A stretch of 64,000 bases of DNA from Chiloscyllium plagiosum (GCF_004010195.1 NC_057719.1:95051515-95115514); one strand, 5' to 3'; positions 50,354 through 63,098 are shown, counted from the stretch's first letter. The notes: generated by a model from the letters alone, not told the origin. Made by a program: numbers and translations.

Positions 50354-50472
50354 ATCTTCTTCTGTTGTTCTATGTGCTTAGTGCTTTTAGAGAGTCACTA
50401 ACAGTCACCCATACTGCTGTGGGTCTGGCCACACAGGTAGGCCAGAACGGGTGAAGGATGGCAGATGTACTT

Positions 50473-51437
50473 TGTCTTACGACACAGGGACAGACAGCCT
50501 AATCAGATCAGCTTTGTACTCACAACACAATAAAGTTCAAACCTTCAAAGACCCTCAATATTGACCCCAAAGATTCCTAACCAGTCTTTTAAAATAACAC
50601 TTTATGAATAAACAATTCTCAACACCAGGTTTGTGGCTTAAACAAAATACTTAACTATTTATTAATAATATGGTAACTTTAGCATTGTATAATTAAACAA
50701 CAAAATAATCTAATTGATGTTTATGATTTAAACTCAATAAGCTTTTACCCAGCGTTATTCACACAAAAGGCAAACAGACAACTACCAGGTAAGGAATACA
50801 CAAAATAACAAAACTGGCCAGATTACTTAAATGGTTTTCACGATGCATTTTTCCACAGATGCATATGATTGTTTCTGGCTGATTTTCGGAAGACCTCAAT
50901 CCGGATCACACTTCACTCTGAGGAAGTTTCAATAATACTTGTAACTTAGTTTTTATTCTCTGAACTTCCAATCACTGATAATGGGAGTTTAGGCAGGGAG
51001 CTTTCAAATCTTCATGTAACATTAACAGCCAAACTCCTCTGTCAGGCACATAATCCAAAACCCAGTTTTCAAATGCTCCAACCCCTCGATGTTTGACCAT
51101 CCTCTTCCCTCCCAGACCTGCTGGCACCAATTCCCAAGTACTGACCTCATTAATGGCCAAACATCTGCTATCTGCTCCCCCACCACCCCCACTCCCACCC
51201 CCACCCCCGTTGAAGTATCTGTGGAACCTTTTGATCAAGAACCAACCTGAAATTCATTTTCAGGCCTGGCCTCACAAATAAACAACAGCTTGTTTGTCAC
51301 TTTCCTTAACACAAACTGCTGACCACAGTCCAAAGGTCATTTTTCAGCTCACAGTTCACAGATCACAGCTACAAATCAAAATTGATAAAAGAAAGTAATG
51401 AAAAATCAGCAAGGGTTTCAACATTCACTCCATGACA
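50473..51437. mobile_element. Possible solo LTR inserted into an L2-tail-type repeat
   Basis: About 965-bp block starting TGTC and ending GACA. It splits a repeat (ggtgaaggatggcagat|...|ttaatgaac) seen intact at 55560-55870. No clear TSD. Confidence 0.35.
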
Positions 51438-52202
51438 TTAATGAACAAAATTTCTTTTTTACTGAATCAGTAGTAGTTTTATCATCACTCGCCTTCATTT
51501 CCAGATTTATGATTAATTGAAATTGAATTCCATTAGTTGCCATAAGAGTATTCAACTAATGTCACCTCAACAATGGCCTGGATTGCTACTCCAGTGACAT
51601 TACCACAATGTCAACAATTCGTCTAAAAGCTCAAAGGGGCCAAAAGGCTGACTGTTGATCTACAACGTCAATGCTCAGGGTGGTGCTGCCCTGTGGCGTC
51701 TGTTCAATAGCTGCTGCCCCTATTCAAGTAGCTGTCATTGTCATTATGGATGGGGAGTTGAAAGATACTGCACCTCCTACTCAATCGTCTATTGAACTTC
51801 TGAACATGACACTGTGTAACCTCGCAGGCAGTAAAGGGACTCGGTCACAGAGGTGTCCAGGGATCTTGAAATGATTGGCACTAAGTCGCTGTCCCCACAC
51901 AAAATCACTGAGCTTAGACCTAAGGAGATGTTCCTCTCAGTGTAAATCACAGCATGATTGTGGCTGACCTAAAGCTTGCCATATTCTCTTTTTATTGAGT
52001 TAGTATAGTTCCAATTTCACATCTCAATTGTTTCTTGTTCTGCACTCACTTTCTCCAAACTCCTAAGTTGCTGGCCTCATGTGTAACCTTTGTACCGGGG
52101 GGCACAGTGCCATGTCCGATTACTTCATAATTATTTGAATTATAACAGCATATCGACCAATCATGATGGTATAATAAACAGAATTTTCTTAAACATCATT
52201 AC

Positions 52203-52826
52203 TGAATTGAATTGAATTGAGTTTATTGCCACATGTACCAAGGCACAGTGAAAAGCTTTGTCTTGCGAGTAGTACAGGCAGATCACAGAGTTAAACAGCA
52301 TAGATAAGTAAATTATAGGTAAACAGCAGCAAAAACAAAAACACAGGTACAGGTGAATGTAAGAGTTTGTAAGTCCATTCACTATTCTAACAACAGTAGG
52401 GTAGAAGCTGTTTCAAAACCAGCTGGTGTGTGTGTTCAGTTTTCTGTACCTTCTCCCTGATGGTCGAGGCTGTAGAAAAGCTCTGTCAGGATGGGATGGA
52501 TCTTTGAGAATGCTGGCGGCCTTTCCTTGACAGCGGGCCTGGTAGATGGAGTCTACAGATAGGAATTTGGCCTTTGTGACTGTCTTGGCCGAGTTCACCA
52601 CTCTCTGTAACTATCTCCGATCTTGAATGGTACAGTTGCCATACCAGGTAGTGATACATCCAGACAGAATGCTCTCGATGGCGCACCTATAAAAGTTGGC
52701 AAGGGTATTCGCGGTCATGCCAAATTTTCTCAGCTGCCTGAGGAAGAAGAGACGTTGTTTGGCCTTTGTAAACAGTGCGTCCACACAAAGAGTCCAAGAA
52801 AGTTTATTGTGGATGACCACTGGAGA
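52203..52826 (-). mobile_element. Rex1/Babar non-LTR retrotransposon 3' end
   Basis: KAKQRLFFLRQLRKFG...FYRCAIESILSGCITTWYGNC...SILKDPSHP...PSGRRYR, with an (ATTCA)n tail. Confidence 0.88.
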
Positions 52827-55800
52827 CATGATAGAACTCCCAGATCACCAGGCCTGATTTTTACTAAAAATTTTGATCCCCTATGCACATACCAATATTC
52901 ATCCTCATATATTTTTGATAGAGTCCAGAGGAATGATGCTGGTATCTCTGAATGTATTTTCTTCATTTTATAAATCATGTTTGTAAAATGGTTATATCAG
53001 ATACCCAGAGACAAATACCTCTGTCAGGTCAGACTAATCTTTAAATATGTCTGCTTCAGGCTCCACTGCTAAAGGCATTTTCAACTTCTGACATCACCAT
53101 CTACTAATGTTTCCTCCAATGGAGATAGATTAAACCAAAGCTACAGTTTTGAAGCAAAAAGAAGCATTTTTGGAAAATGGTTATCAGTGTGGAATGTGTT
53201 TTATCAGTCTGTTGTTTAGTTTGTATGATATAAAATATTGATTCAAGCAAAAGACAGAAATGCAGTTTTGGGCAACGTATTCTAAAAGTCAAGGCTATAG
53301 AAGACTTCTTTGGATTTTTGCCAATTCAATGCATTTGTTTTTAGCTTGAAGTACTTCACAAATGAAAATATAGAAATGTGAAATAATTTTGTACTTTACA
53401 TTTCAGCAAGTTACTACATTTAGAAATTTGTAAAACCTATTCCTCGTGTTAAAGTACAGGATACATTAAGTGTTGAAACAACCATGCACAAATGTGCCCC
53501 ATATCTCCAAAATATTCTGTAAGGATGAGTGTAGTATAATTTCCTTTCAACAAGGAAGTAATAAGTAGTATAACTTTTACCACAGGGTGCTGTACATTCC
53601 TAAATGATACAGCGAATGATCAGATTTCTTAGGCAGATCCTTAAGTTTAGATTAGCATGCTTCAAATTCACATATTTTAATTTCACCAGAAATTATACTT
53701 TTCAATGATTTGCAGAAAGTTCTGTTGTTTTTGTTTACACCACATGCAAGATTTTAAAATGGTTGAAAATAAAGTACAGCATGTGTGGTCTATGATGTCC
53801 CTGCTGGAGACAGCCTACAGCACACAGATAAGAATTATTTATTCTCTCCTCCCCTTGGCCACATGTTTGAAATACCATGATAAGAGGTTTTTTAAAAATA
53901 CGCTATCTAGATAGGAACACTTTTTATAATACAGTGAGCATTCAATAACTAGAAATATCCTTACATTAGTTCAGAATTCACAGTGTTTAAATAAATACTG
54001 ATCCACGATTAGGATATGCTTTACTTAGAGGGCATAGATTAATAAAAAGATCAATAGGATTCCTGCTACTTGAGGCACCTTATAAGGATTTTTAACACAG
54101 TTGCATAAGTCAAATAATACATAAACCAAGAAATTGTGACTGCTGCAGAAAGCTTTGTTATTAAAAATGTGAGAGCAAGTGTGAATTATGTTAATTATGT
54201 TTGGCATTGTACGGATGGTGTAATGCATTAATGCAAGAGCAGACTGCTCCATAATATATTTTCACAATCTGCACTTATTTATCTTGAAGCTGCCATATAG
54301 TATTTTGCTGAAAAAGTGAGGGAAGGGGAAATTACTATGATCCTAGCTAAACAGATCATAATATTTCAGGATGTAAAGCATAACCCAAACATATGCTTTT
54401 TGGCAAATATTCTTCCTTTTAAAATTATGGTGTTCAATCATCTCTGGGATCAATCATTTACCTTTTCTGTCTTGAGTCCTTGTGTCTCTTTAGCTTCATC
54501 AACTATGGGTGTGAAAGACACCCATGTAAACCTCACTCACCTAAGGCTGTTGTTAGCAACACAGCGGTCAAACCTTCCAACCGATCTCACTGCGGAGGGC
54601 AGGCGGAGCTGCCTGTTACCTTTGCTTTCCAAGGTTGGAGGCACTTTGGTTGTGACCATTCAGGCACAGAGATTTTAACCTTGTTCCTCTCTTATGCTCA
54701 AAAATGGCTGTACCCAAATTTTCAGGCCACTGTATTTCAAAAACAAACTATTAGGCTGCTGCTAAATCTGTTTCTTATTTTACTCATGTTGTCATATCTT
54801 ATTTTGAAGTCAAGACTGCATATTCCTGATTTTAGATTAACGCACTTCAATGACTCAGGTCAGTGGTAGTTAAATTGGTCAGGGTGTAAACCAGATGTCT
54901 GACCTGAAAGTGTGACATTATCAGTCAGGTGCAATAAATGTAGAGTTTCTCCTCCACTAGACTGACAAAGATGAAACAGACATGTCATTAGCATGAGTAC
55001 ATTATCATTCACAATCATTTACCCGAATCAATAGAATGCTGGCAACAAAGCTGAATGTTTTAAATAGAAATGGATAGATATATATAAAACTTTAGTTGTC
55101 ATTCTTGAAACACAAAACAACCACTTTTCTGATATCCTATTACTTGACATAGCTAAAGCTGCTCGCAGATTGAACAGAGCAATGTTTTGTCTACATGTAT
55201 AATTCTGCAACAATTTTATTAAAAGATCATCTGTAGAACTTTACACATTAGCAGCACAGAGGAAGGTAATACATGCTATTGTGTCTGCACTAGCTCCTTA
55301 CTGAAATAATCCTAAACAAATCCCATTACCCTGCTATCTCCTCACACTCCTTTATATCCCTCTACTTACTTATCCAATTACTTTAATTAAATGTACAGTA
55401 GTTTAAATTGTTTAACCATGCAAGTGTCCAAAAGGGTTAGCGCCTAGGAACGTATTAAGCACTTGCACAATATGATGATATTGCATGAAAACAGGTGGAA
55501 TAACAACTCTGACCTAACATCAAGGTCTCCCTCAGTCTCAGTGATATATATTTATCATTTTAAAAATTTGTTTACAGGATGTAAACATTGCTGACTAGGC
55601 TAGCATTTATTGCCCAGAGGACAGCTAAGAGCCAACCACTTTGCTGTGGATCTGGATTTACATGTCAGCCAGACCAGGTAAGGATGGCTGATTTCTTTCC
55701 TTAAAGAACATTCATGAACTAGATAGTTTTTACAAAAATTGTTGCCTAACTGTAACCTTAACCCATTAGGGACAGCTCTTCATTCTGGATATTTATTGAA

Positions 55801-56458
55801 TTCAAATTTCACCATCTGCCATGGTGGGATTCCTAAAGCATTGACCTGTGGTCTTCATTGCTGGTCTACATCCTATGATCACTATTTTTCTTCTATCAAT
55901 GTAACTTGCACCTAATTGCTATTATGCAGTAAACCACATCTTGTTTATGACAAGAGCTTCCTCTTGTGGGTTTATCAGATTTTTTTTTTATATACCATAT
56001 TAAACCAAGCTTTCCCCACCAGGAAAGAGCATTGTGGCAGACAATCTAACAGATGGAGCATACACCTATTGTGACATTCTCTAAGGCAAATCATTGCCTG
56101 CTTTTCTATGCAACAATTCTCTCCCATCCTCTTGAGCACTTGGGTTGTAATTTTGAATAATAACTCTTCATCAATCTCTCCCCAACTATAGCTAATAATC
56201 TCTCTTTTGCATGTTATAAAACCTCTTTAGGAAGAGTGTCTAATAAATCTCCACTTAGTAGTGTCTGCTCCAACAGTAAATGTTTGACTACCTTATGGTA
56301 TTCCTCCAAGCTATGTTTCTATTCCTGGTGTCATCTTCAGGCATGAATTGCCATAGGTTCAAAGTTTTATTGTAAGAAGTTGGAAAGGCAAATGTTGGGC
56401 TAGGGTTGAGGAACAAAGTCCTGCAGGCCAGCATATCCTGCTCCTGGCCATGATGAGG

Positions 56459-56654
56459 AGAAAGTGAGGACTGCAGATGGTGGAGATCAGAGTCAAGAAT
56501 GTAGAGCTGGAAAAGCACAGCAGGTCAGGCAGCATCCGAGAAGCAGGAGAATCAATGTTTCGAGCATAAGCACTTCATCAGGAATGAGGCTTGTGGGTCG
56601 AGGTTGAGAGATAAATGGGAGGGGCTCGGGTTGGGAGGGGCTGGATGCAGGTAA
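56459..56654 (-). mobile_element. PLE family-A terminal fragment
   Basis: pLTR with a decayed hammerhead; TSD ggc(c/t)atgatgagg at 56446-56458 and 56655-56667. Confidence 0.85.
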
Positions 56655-58328
56655 GGCTATGATGAGGCCTTACCTTGTCAGCGGTGGAGTTGGTGCACAA
56701 AATGTGATAATATTACATGATTCCACAAAGGCAAGTCCAGGCTCCATTCAGTTATTCAGCAAACCCAAGGAATTGTAACCAATTGGGTCCACACCCACCA
56801 TCCACCTGCCTGAGTCAATAACACCAATCATCAAATTCGCCTTGGAGTAGAGTTCAGGGTTTCACCCATAAAGATCCTGCTACACTGGAGGATGTAAGGT
56901 AACATTTAAAGAATCCTGCTTTACTTTCCAGTAAGTTGTTAAACTATTGAACTTTTTTCACAATAACCTTCAGATCTGTTGCTATGTGTTGCTACACTCT
57001 ATGTCTGAGTGGAGTTCGTCACTCAGTAAAGGCTGACTTGAATTAAGCAACCAGCAAGCTCCGATGGTTCTGCGAGGATGTTTCAATCTTTAGTCATGAC
57101 ACGCCTGAACCATGGAACAATAGTTGCTCTTTCGTCTTGCTGTGAAAATATTTTCAAATATTGCACTAGTAAATGCAATGGTCACAATGCTTAACATCAA
57201 AAGTGTCCAGTCAGATGTTAAGGACTTAGACTGGAGGAGTTCACTATTGTTGTAGTCCCAATACTCCAGGGATCATGACATGAAATGGTTTTCAAGTTAC
57301 CAAGATATCCTGTTAAATGCCTCAGCCATATCAGGTTTAAATAGAAATATTTATTGAGCAGGTTTCATAATAAACACAATTATTGGTTCATTATCAAAAC
57401 AAAACTTATCAATCCGCAAACTTATGCAATCACTGATAAAAATATACCATTTGAAATATGTAGGTCTAAGCTTTTATCCTTCTCAATATCCCCAAAACAC
57501 ACATCAGCTAAAGTGAGAAAAAACCCACCGGCTAATGGATTATTGTTGAGGACAAAAAGGGTAAAGCATAGAATATTCCAAAGTCTGTTGCTTTAATGTT
57601 CTTGTTTGTGTGCTTACATCACCAATCATCCATGGTTGTCTCTGGAGTCTTATTGACATGAACACAATGTTGAGATGTTCCTCAATCAGTCTCTCTAAAG
57701 AGGAATTAGGTTTCACCCTGAACTCAACAAGAGAGTTTCCTTTTCACATTCCCCAACTAAGGATCACATCAAACAAGATACTCTCCATCTCGTCATTTTC
57801 AAACAGCCACAATAGCAAAGCTCACAGTAATCAACAAACATGTGATTTCTAGGAAAACTTGTTAAAAACAATTCCCAATGTCCACCTTTCAACAACCTTA
57901 ATTTTTAAAGAAACCATTCGAGATGTTTGCACAAATTCTGATATAATCCACTAACTGTAGTCCTTCAAGATCTAAGTCTTCCATGAAATATTAAATATAA
58001 GTGTCATCACAGCACAGAAACTGTGTATTTTGTACTGAATACCTGATTGGAAGGAAGTCTAAATTCTAGAGGATGAGGATTTAATCCTTTCTGTGGCTGT
58101 TTTGAAAATTCTTTCCAACATATGCCAATGTGTATTCTATGAAACTTCAACATGAGCACGTTCAAAATATGTGGATCAATGGATTAGCAAACATAATGTA
58201 TATAATATAATATCAATGGATATGCAAATATAATGTCTTGAATAAAATGAGCAGATTTGCACAAACTTGCTACTTGGCAAAATACAGAATAGCATAAAAG
58301 TTAATTGATATTAAAGAAGGAGTTCTAC

Positions 58329-58480
58329 CTTCAACAGCCCTCTTGAAGAAAACCTTGCAACTTCCACATGTAAGGACTCCATAGTGACATCCTGAGGCTT
58401 CATCTCCGCAGATCAGACAGAGTTTCTGCAGACTCAGACCTGGGGCAAAGTGAGACATGTGGCCCCTTCCATTCTCTGGT
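58329..58480 (-). CDS. pgr: Internal exon encoding zinc finger 1 of the DNA-binding domain of an NR3C steroid receptor, most likely progesterone receptor (NR3C3) exon 2
   Basis: The minus strand reads ttttttaaag|A CCA GAG...GTT GAA G|gtagaact, giving (R)[51 protein letters not shown]. The acceptor and donor are canonical. The 152-nt length and phase match my recollection of PR/AR exon 2. LICGD plus YGVLT fits PR better than GR (LVCSD), MR (YGVVT) or AR (YGALT, RAAEG). NR3C family is near-certain; the PR assignment is probable. Confidence 0.78.
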
Positions 58481-59539
58481 CTTTAAAAAAAGAAAGGAAT
58501 GGATTTCAAAATAAATTGACACACCATTAAAAATAATTACAACAAAACATCAGCTAAAGGTTTTACATCCATCTATGGTGAAGTTTCACCAATCTTGCAT
58601 CACATTACTCTCTATATGTAAAATATTAGTTACATTCGATTGTATATTTGTAATGAATAATTTCACTTTTAATGTGAATATTTTGCTGATCTCATTGACT
58701 CTTGTAAAACTGCACTTTTTTAGTTAACAAAAATCACTAATTGGCAGATTTTCTCTTGAAGCCCATGTTTGCAATGAATGGTATCTGATTTTATTAATCT
58801 GTCTTCTGGCTAGTGCCAATTAAGGCTTTTCGTTTCATGGCTGTGCAATGGTGGAAAAACAAGTAATATCTTTGATGGCATTTCTGATCCAGTAATTGCA
58901 ATTATTATTGGGATAATGTGAAATTATTATGTTGGCCACACGAGTAACAGAGCTAGGAGGTAAAAACTGATTAATAACAATCTGTTCAAGTCATCCAGCA
59001 TTTACTATCTTAATCACAAAATTCTGCTCTACAGCAAGGGTGGTCTTGATGCTATGGGGGTGCCAGTTTTCCAGCAAGGTAGGGTTCCCACTACTTCCTT
59101 TCACTTCCTGTGGCAAACGCTTTCTGCTGAGTGTAATAGCGTTCTGTGCGATCATCAGAAATAAGCAGAATAGGCAAAATGTAGTCAATCAAGCCTCATG
59201 CTGAACTGATGTCAAACCTGCCAATGTGGATGTCACCATTTGAGTTAATGTCTTGTTTTGAGGATACACAGTAGTAAAGTATAAAGAAATAATCAAAAAT
59301 TTGCTGTTTACTTTCTACTAAATGGCTGAGTTTATTCAGGTGCTGAATACACCCTCCCAATTAGAAAACTCTCAGGGCAAAATGCTACTTGAAGGGAAAC
59401 CATTCCTGTGACCACAAAGTCCTTGAGCACATCATTTATTTCAGCAATGTCAGCTATCAGTGGAATGCTCCTTAGCCTGCAACGTGAAGGCGTGGTAGTG
59501 CAGGGGTAACAAATTAGGGGTTAAATGGCTCAGTGAGGG

Positions 59540-60500
59540 AGGAGACATAAGGAGAATGGGGTTCCCATCAGGACAGTCTTCCCGAGAGAACATTTTCTTC
59601 CTTCAGGAACAATGTGTTCAATGCCTGAAATTCAGAACTGTATATTTATTGTAACTAGACTTGTTGCCTCAGAACAGCCTGAGGATATCAATTTCACCGA
59701 CTGACATGGTGCCCATGGCCCTTAGTTGTTTTTATCACAGTATTGTCCCAGGCTCTGGAACAAGCCACCATACACTTGTTGTCTGTGCATTGTTCAGTCA
59801 GAGACACTGATGGAGCCTCCATCCGACAGGAAAGTTGCCTTCATTGGCTTCTCTCTGAACTAATTGAAACAGTAGAGTGTGTATGTGGCTCTGTCACAAT
59901 GGTATGCTATACTTTGGTACCGAGAGCCACTGAACACACCTGTCGGGTTTTGTGGACATCACATCATGGTGCGAAGATGGATGTCAACTGTAAAAGTTTA
60001 CAATGTGGTTTTGCTGTTTATTTATACTCAGCACATCATGCTGTTCAATTCTCATTTTTAGCAACAATGAAGCATCATCCATCTGGTGACAGTCTGCTGA
60101 TCAGAGAAGCTTTCACCGCCATTCCCAGCTGAAGGGCCACTACTGGGTGACCAGGGTTATTTGCTTGACACTTGGGTAGTGATCCCATCTGCAATCCACC
60201 ATTCCTGGCCAGGATCTGTAACGATGGGAATCAAGCTGCTCTAAAGAGCATCATGGAGCAACTGAAGCTATGCTTCCATTGTTAGCGGCTCCAGGAGGAA
60301 CCCTGCAGTCCTCTCTGTAGCAGGTGACCTTATTTTGTGGTGGTGTCCAGCGTCCTCCCCAATTTCACAATTGTAATGGTACAGCTTTTATAACCAGGGG
60401 TTCAGTGAAGAGCTCAGAAAGAGAAGGAAGGAATGTTGCAGGCAGCACATCCACATTCCAGACGAGAAGTCATGAGCACTTCATTCAATCTGGATTCCCA
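59540..60500 (+). mobile_element. Decayed PIF/Harbinger transposase remnant
   Basis: Fragments resembling RVFRE.FSFL...EQCVQ.L.F, VH...R..TD and VN.K.. in collinear order; heavily degenerate. Confidence 0.45.
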
Positions 60501-61005
60501 TTACTACAGTCTCAGTTCCCAGTGTACAACAGTCCCACCCATATATACCACCAACCTGTTAGGAACCATTCCAATGTGCTTCTGACAACACTCAAATAAA
60601 AGCCATAACAACCATTCAAATTCAAAATTCTCAAACATCTAATATTCTTTATAATAAGCAATTGATCACTTTATTGTGGTGCTTGACTTGCAATTATTCT
60701 TGCCTGGACTTGTTTTCCTACACACTGGTAGCTCAGTAGCTGCAGAATGGCTGGCCAAAGGCTGCCACTATTCACAGATGTTCCTGTAACAAGAGAATTA
60801 AAGGATAACCCAGTGCAGCTCTTGGCTTCCTGGGCTTGGCTTTACCTGCACCACCTGCATTTGGGTACAGCACTTGGTACTGCTTGGTTGAGAGGCAGAG
60901 GCTACAATGATGGCCCAGTGCTGGACATGAGGGAACACAAAATGTCCATGCAGAGTGGAGTTCCTTCCACTTCCCCAAGTGGAAGTAACTCAGAAATCCT
61001 AAATA

Positions 61006-61261
61006 CAGTAGCGCCTTGACTTATGAACTTAATCCTTTCCGGGACCCGGTTCGCAAACTGAATCAATTTTCCCATTGTTTGGATATTCAAAGCGCGCGTA
61101 GCAAAGCAGAACAATGACAATGAAACCATGTGGTCACACACGGGCCTTTTGCGTTCATACCTTGAATTTCGTACTTACGTTGAAGCAAAATTTTACATAC
61201 AATCCTGTTTGTAAACCGATTTGTTCGTGAACGGGGTCATTCGTATGTCGAGGCGCTACTG
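61006..61261. mobile_element. Tigger/pogo-like (Tc1/mariner superfamily) MITE, 256 bp
   Basis: TA TSD at 61004-61005 and 61262-61263; TIRs cagtagcgccttgacttatgaa and ttcgtatgtcgaggcgctactg match at 19 of 22 positions. Confidence 0.9.
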
Positions 61262-61712
61262 TAATCTATTAGAGGAGATTGCTAGAAACCTCTCCTCACA
61301 CTGGGCTGGACAGAATGAAGCTGCATCCTATTATGTTGCACTGACATGGCAACAAACAAAGGTTTCATCACCCGAGTCTGAGCTTTCATTGCCGAACTCT
61401 AACATTAGGTTGCTTCTGCCTGTGTGGCAATGGAAGCTGTGATATTGCTATTCTGCAAGTGTTCTCCTGAAAGTGGCAGGAAAGGATGGGCACCAAGTCC
61501 CTGTGCAAAACCATGTGTCAAGCTGAAGCCAGACTCTTCCCCATTCCTTGACAGTGACAGCTGGAGGCCCATCAAAAAGTATCATACATTTCTGTGTCTG
61601 CCTACCTCAGCCATTGTCAGGATGCCACCGAATCAACATCCTGATGGGAGGCCTCTGCAGTTGAACTCATGTGCAGTTTTACATTCTGGGAAGTTGACAC
61701 ATGCATGGCCTT

Positions 61713-61842
61713 GGCAAAAGTGAGGACTGAAGATGATGGAGATTAGAGTCGAGAGTGTGGTGCTGGAAAAGCACAGCAAGTCAGGTAGCATTCGAGGAGC
61801 AGGAGAATCAATGTTTCAGGCAAAAGCCCTTCCTTAGGAATC
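61713..61842 (-). mobile_element. Mini PLE family-A terminal fragment
   Basis: 130-bp pLTR ending at ...ggaat; TSD catggcctt at 61704-61712 and 61843-61851. Confidence 0.85.
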
Positions 61843-61916
61843 CATGGCCTTTCCCACTGCCCTGGTTATTGGGAATCCTGCTGTGAGATGTGCCAAATGT
61901 AAATGCTATCTCTAGT

Positions 61917-62234
61917 GGGCGGCACGGTGGCACAGTGGTTAGCACTGCTGCCTCACAGCGCCGGAGACCCGGGTTCAATTCCCGCCTCAGGCGACTGACT
62001 GTGTGGAGTTTGCACGTTCTCCCCGTGTCTGCGTGGGTTTCCTCCGGGTGCTCCGGTTTCCTCCCACAGTCCAAAGATGTGCAGGTCAGGTGAATTGGCC
62101 ATGCTAAATTGCCCGTAGTGTTAGGTAAGGGGTAAATGTAGGGGTATGGGTGGGTTGCGCTTCGGCGGGTCGGTGTGGACTTGTTGGGCTGAAGGGCCTG
62201 TTTCCACACTGTAATGTAATGTAATCTAATCTAA
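61917..62234 (+). mobile_element. HE1-type V-SINE, full length and young
   Basis: Intact A box (tggcacagtggtta), B box (ggttcaattccc), V-domain and a (tgtaa)n(tctaa)n tail; CpGs are retained. Confidence 0.95.
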
Positions 62235-62940
62235 CACACGCAGTGACAATATTCACTGACTGAGTATTTAATTGAGTAATAGTGTTCTTTTTTTTTATCA
62301 GTTTCTTCTTCATTCAGGCCTTCAGCCTCCAGTACAACTGCCTGGACTAGGGGGATCTGAGAGCAGAGGCAGAGGCCACAGTTGTGATGAGGGAATGTGA
62401 TATTAAGGCAAGAGCCTGCAATTGTAAGTCATAACAGATTGCAGAATAAAGATGAGATTTTGACGTACCGTATCAATCTCAATGATTTCAGTTTGTGTTC
62501 TGACCACTGCCTTAGGGGCAGCTGAACTCACGATGAAAGAAACATGACTCCCCGTTGGATAAGACATCGAGCCAAGGTTCTCCTTGCCTTCCCTTCTCCA
62601 CTCCTCCCTGACCAGATACCAATGCTGCACATTCTGGGTCACCATATCTTGGGAAAGGGATGGAGGGGGGCAGTGAATCAATGAATGTGTCGCAATATTC
62701 TTGGAGATACGTCTACCAGAGCTGAATATCTGATAATGGATTACAACAGTGCACGATGTGGGAGGGTATGACAAAGCTATGAAAATGAGGCATGAGTCAC
62801 GGTCAGTGAAGATTAGTTATAAATGAGTGAATAGATTATGATGAATGGAGCCATGTGGGAAGTTGGTTATGTAAATTATGGATTGTTAAGATCACATGCA
62901 CTGATCTTAACCACAAATGAGGTCTCTAAGCTTATTTCAG

Positions 62941-63098
62941 TACAAAGTTAGAAATAACAAAACACCAGGTTATAATCCAAACCTGAAGGAGCAGCGCTCT
63001 GAAAGCTAATGCTTCCAAATAAACCTGTTGGACTAAAACTTGGTGCTGTGTGAGTTTTAACTTTGTCTACCCCAATCCAACACCAGCTCCTCCACATC
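62941..63098. mobile_element. Mini PLE family-B fold-back element
   Basis: acaaagttagaaataacaaaacaccaggttata is an imperfect inverted repeat of taaaacttggtgctgtgtgagttttaactttgt, flanking a damaged hammerhead (ctgaaggagcagcgctctgaaagcta). Confidence 0.75.

Noticed and set aside
53793..53808. CTCF-like motif (reverse complement ccagcagggacatca)
   Set aside because: Several mismatches in the core; expected by chance in 64 kb.
58270..58458. ORF-track call of a standalone 62-aa protein starting MSHFAPG
   Set aside because: It is an internal exon bounded by AG and GT. The Met is internal and residues after VEG are intronic.
61917..61990. Functional tRNA gene
   Set aside because: It is the tRNA-derived head of an HE1 SINE, continuing into the V-domain and tail.
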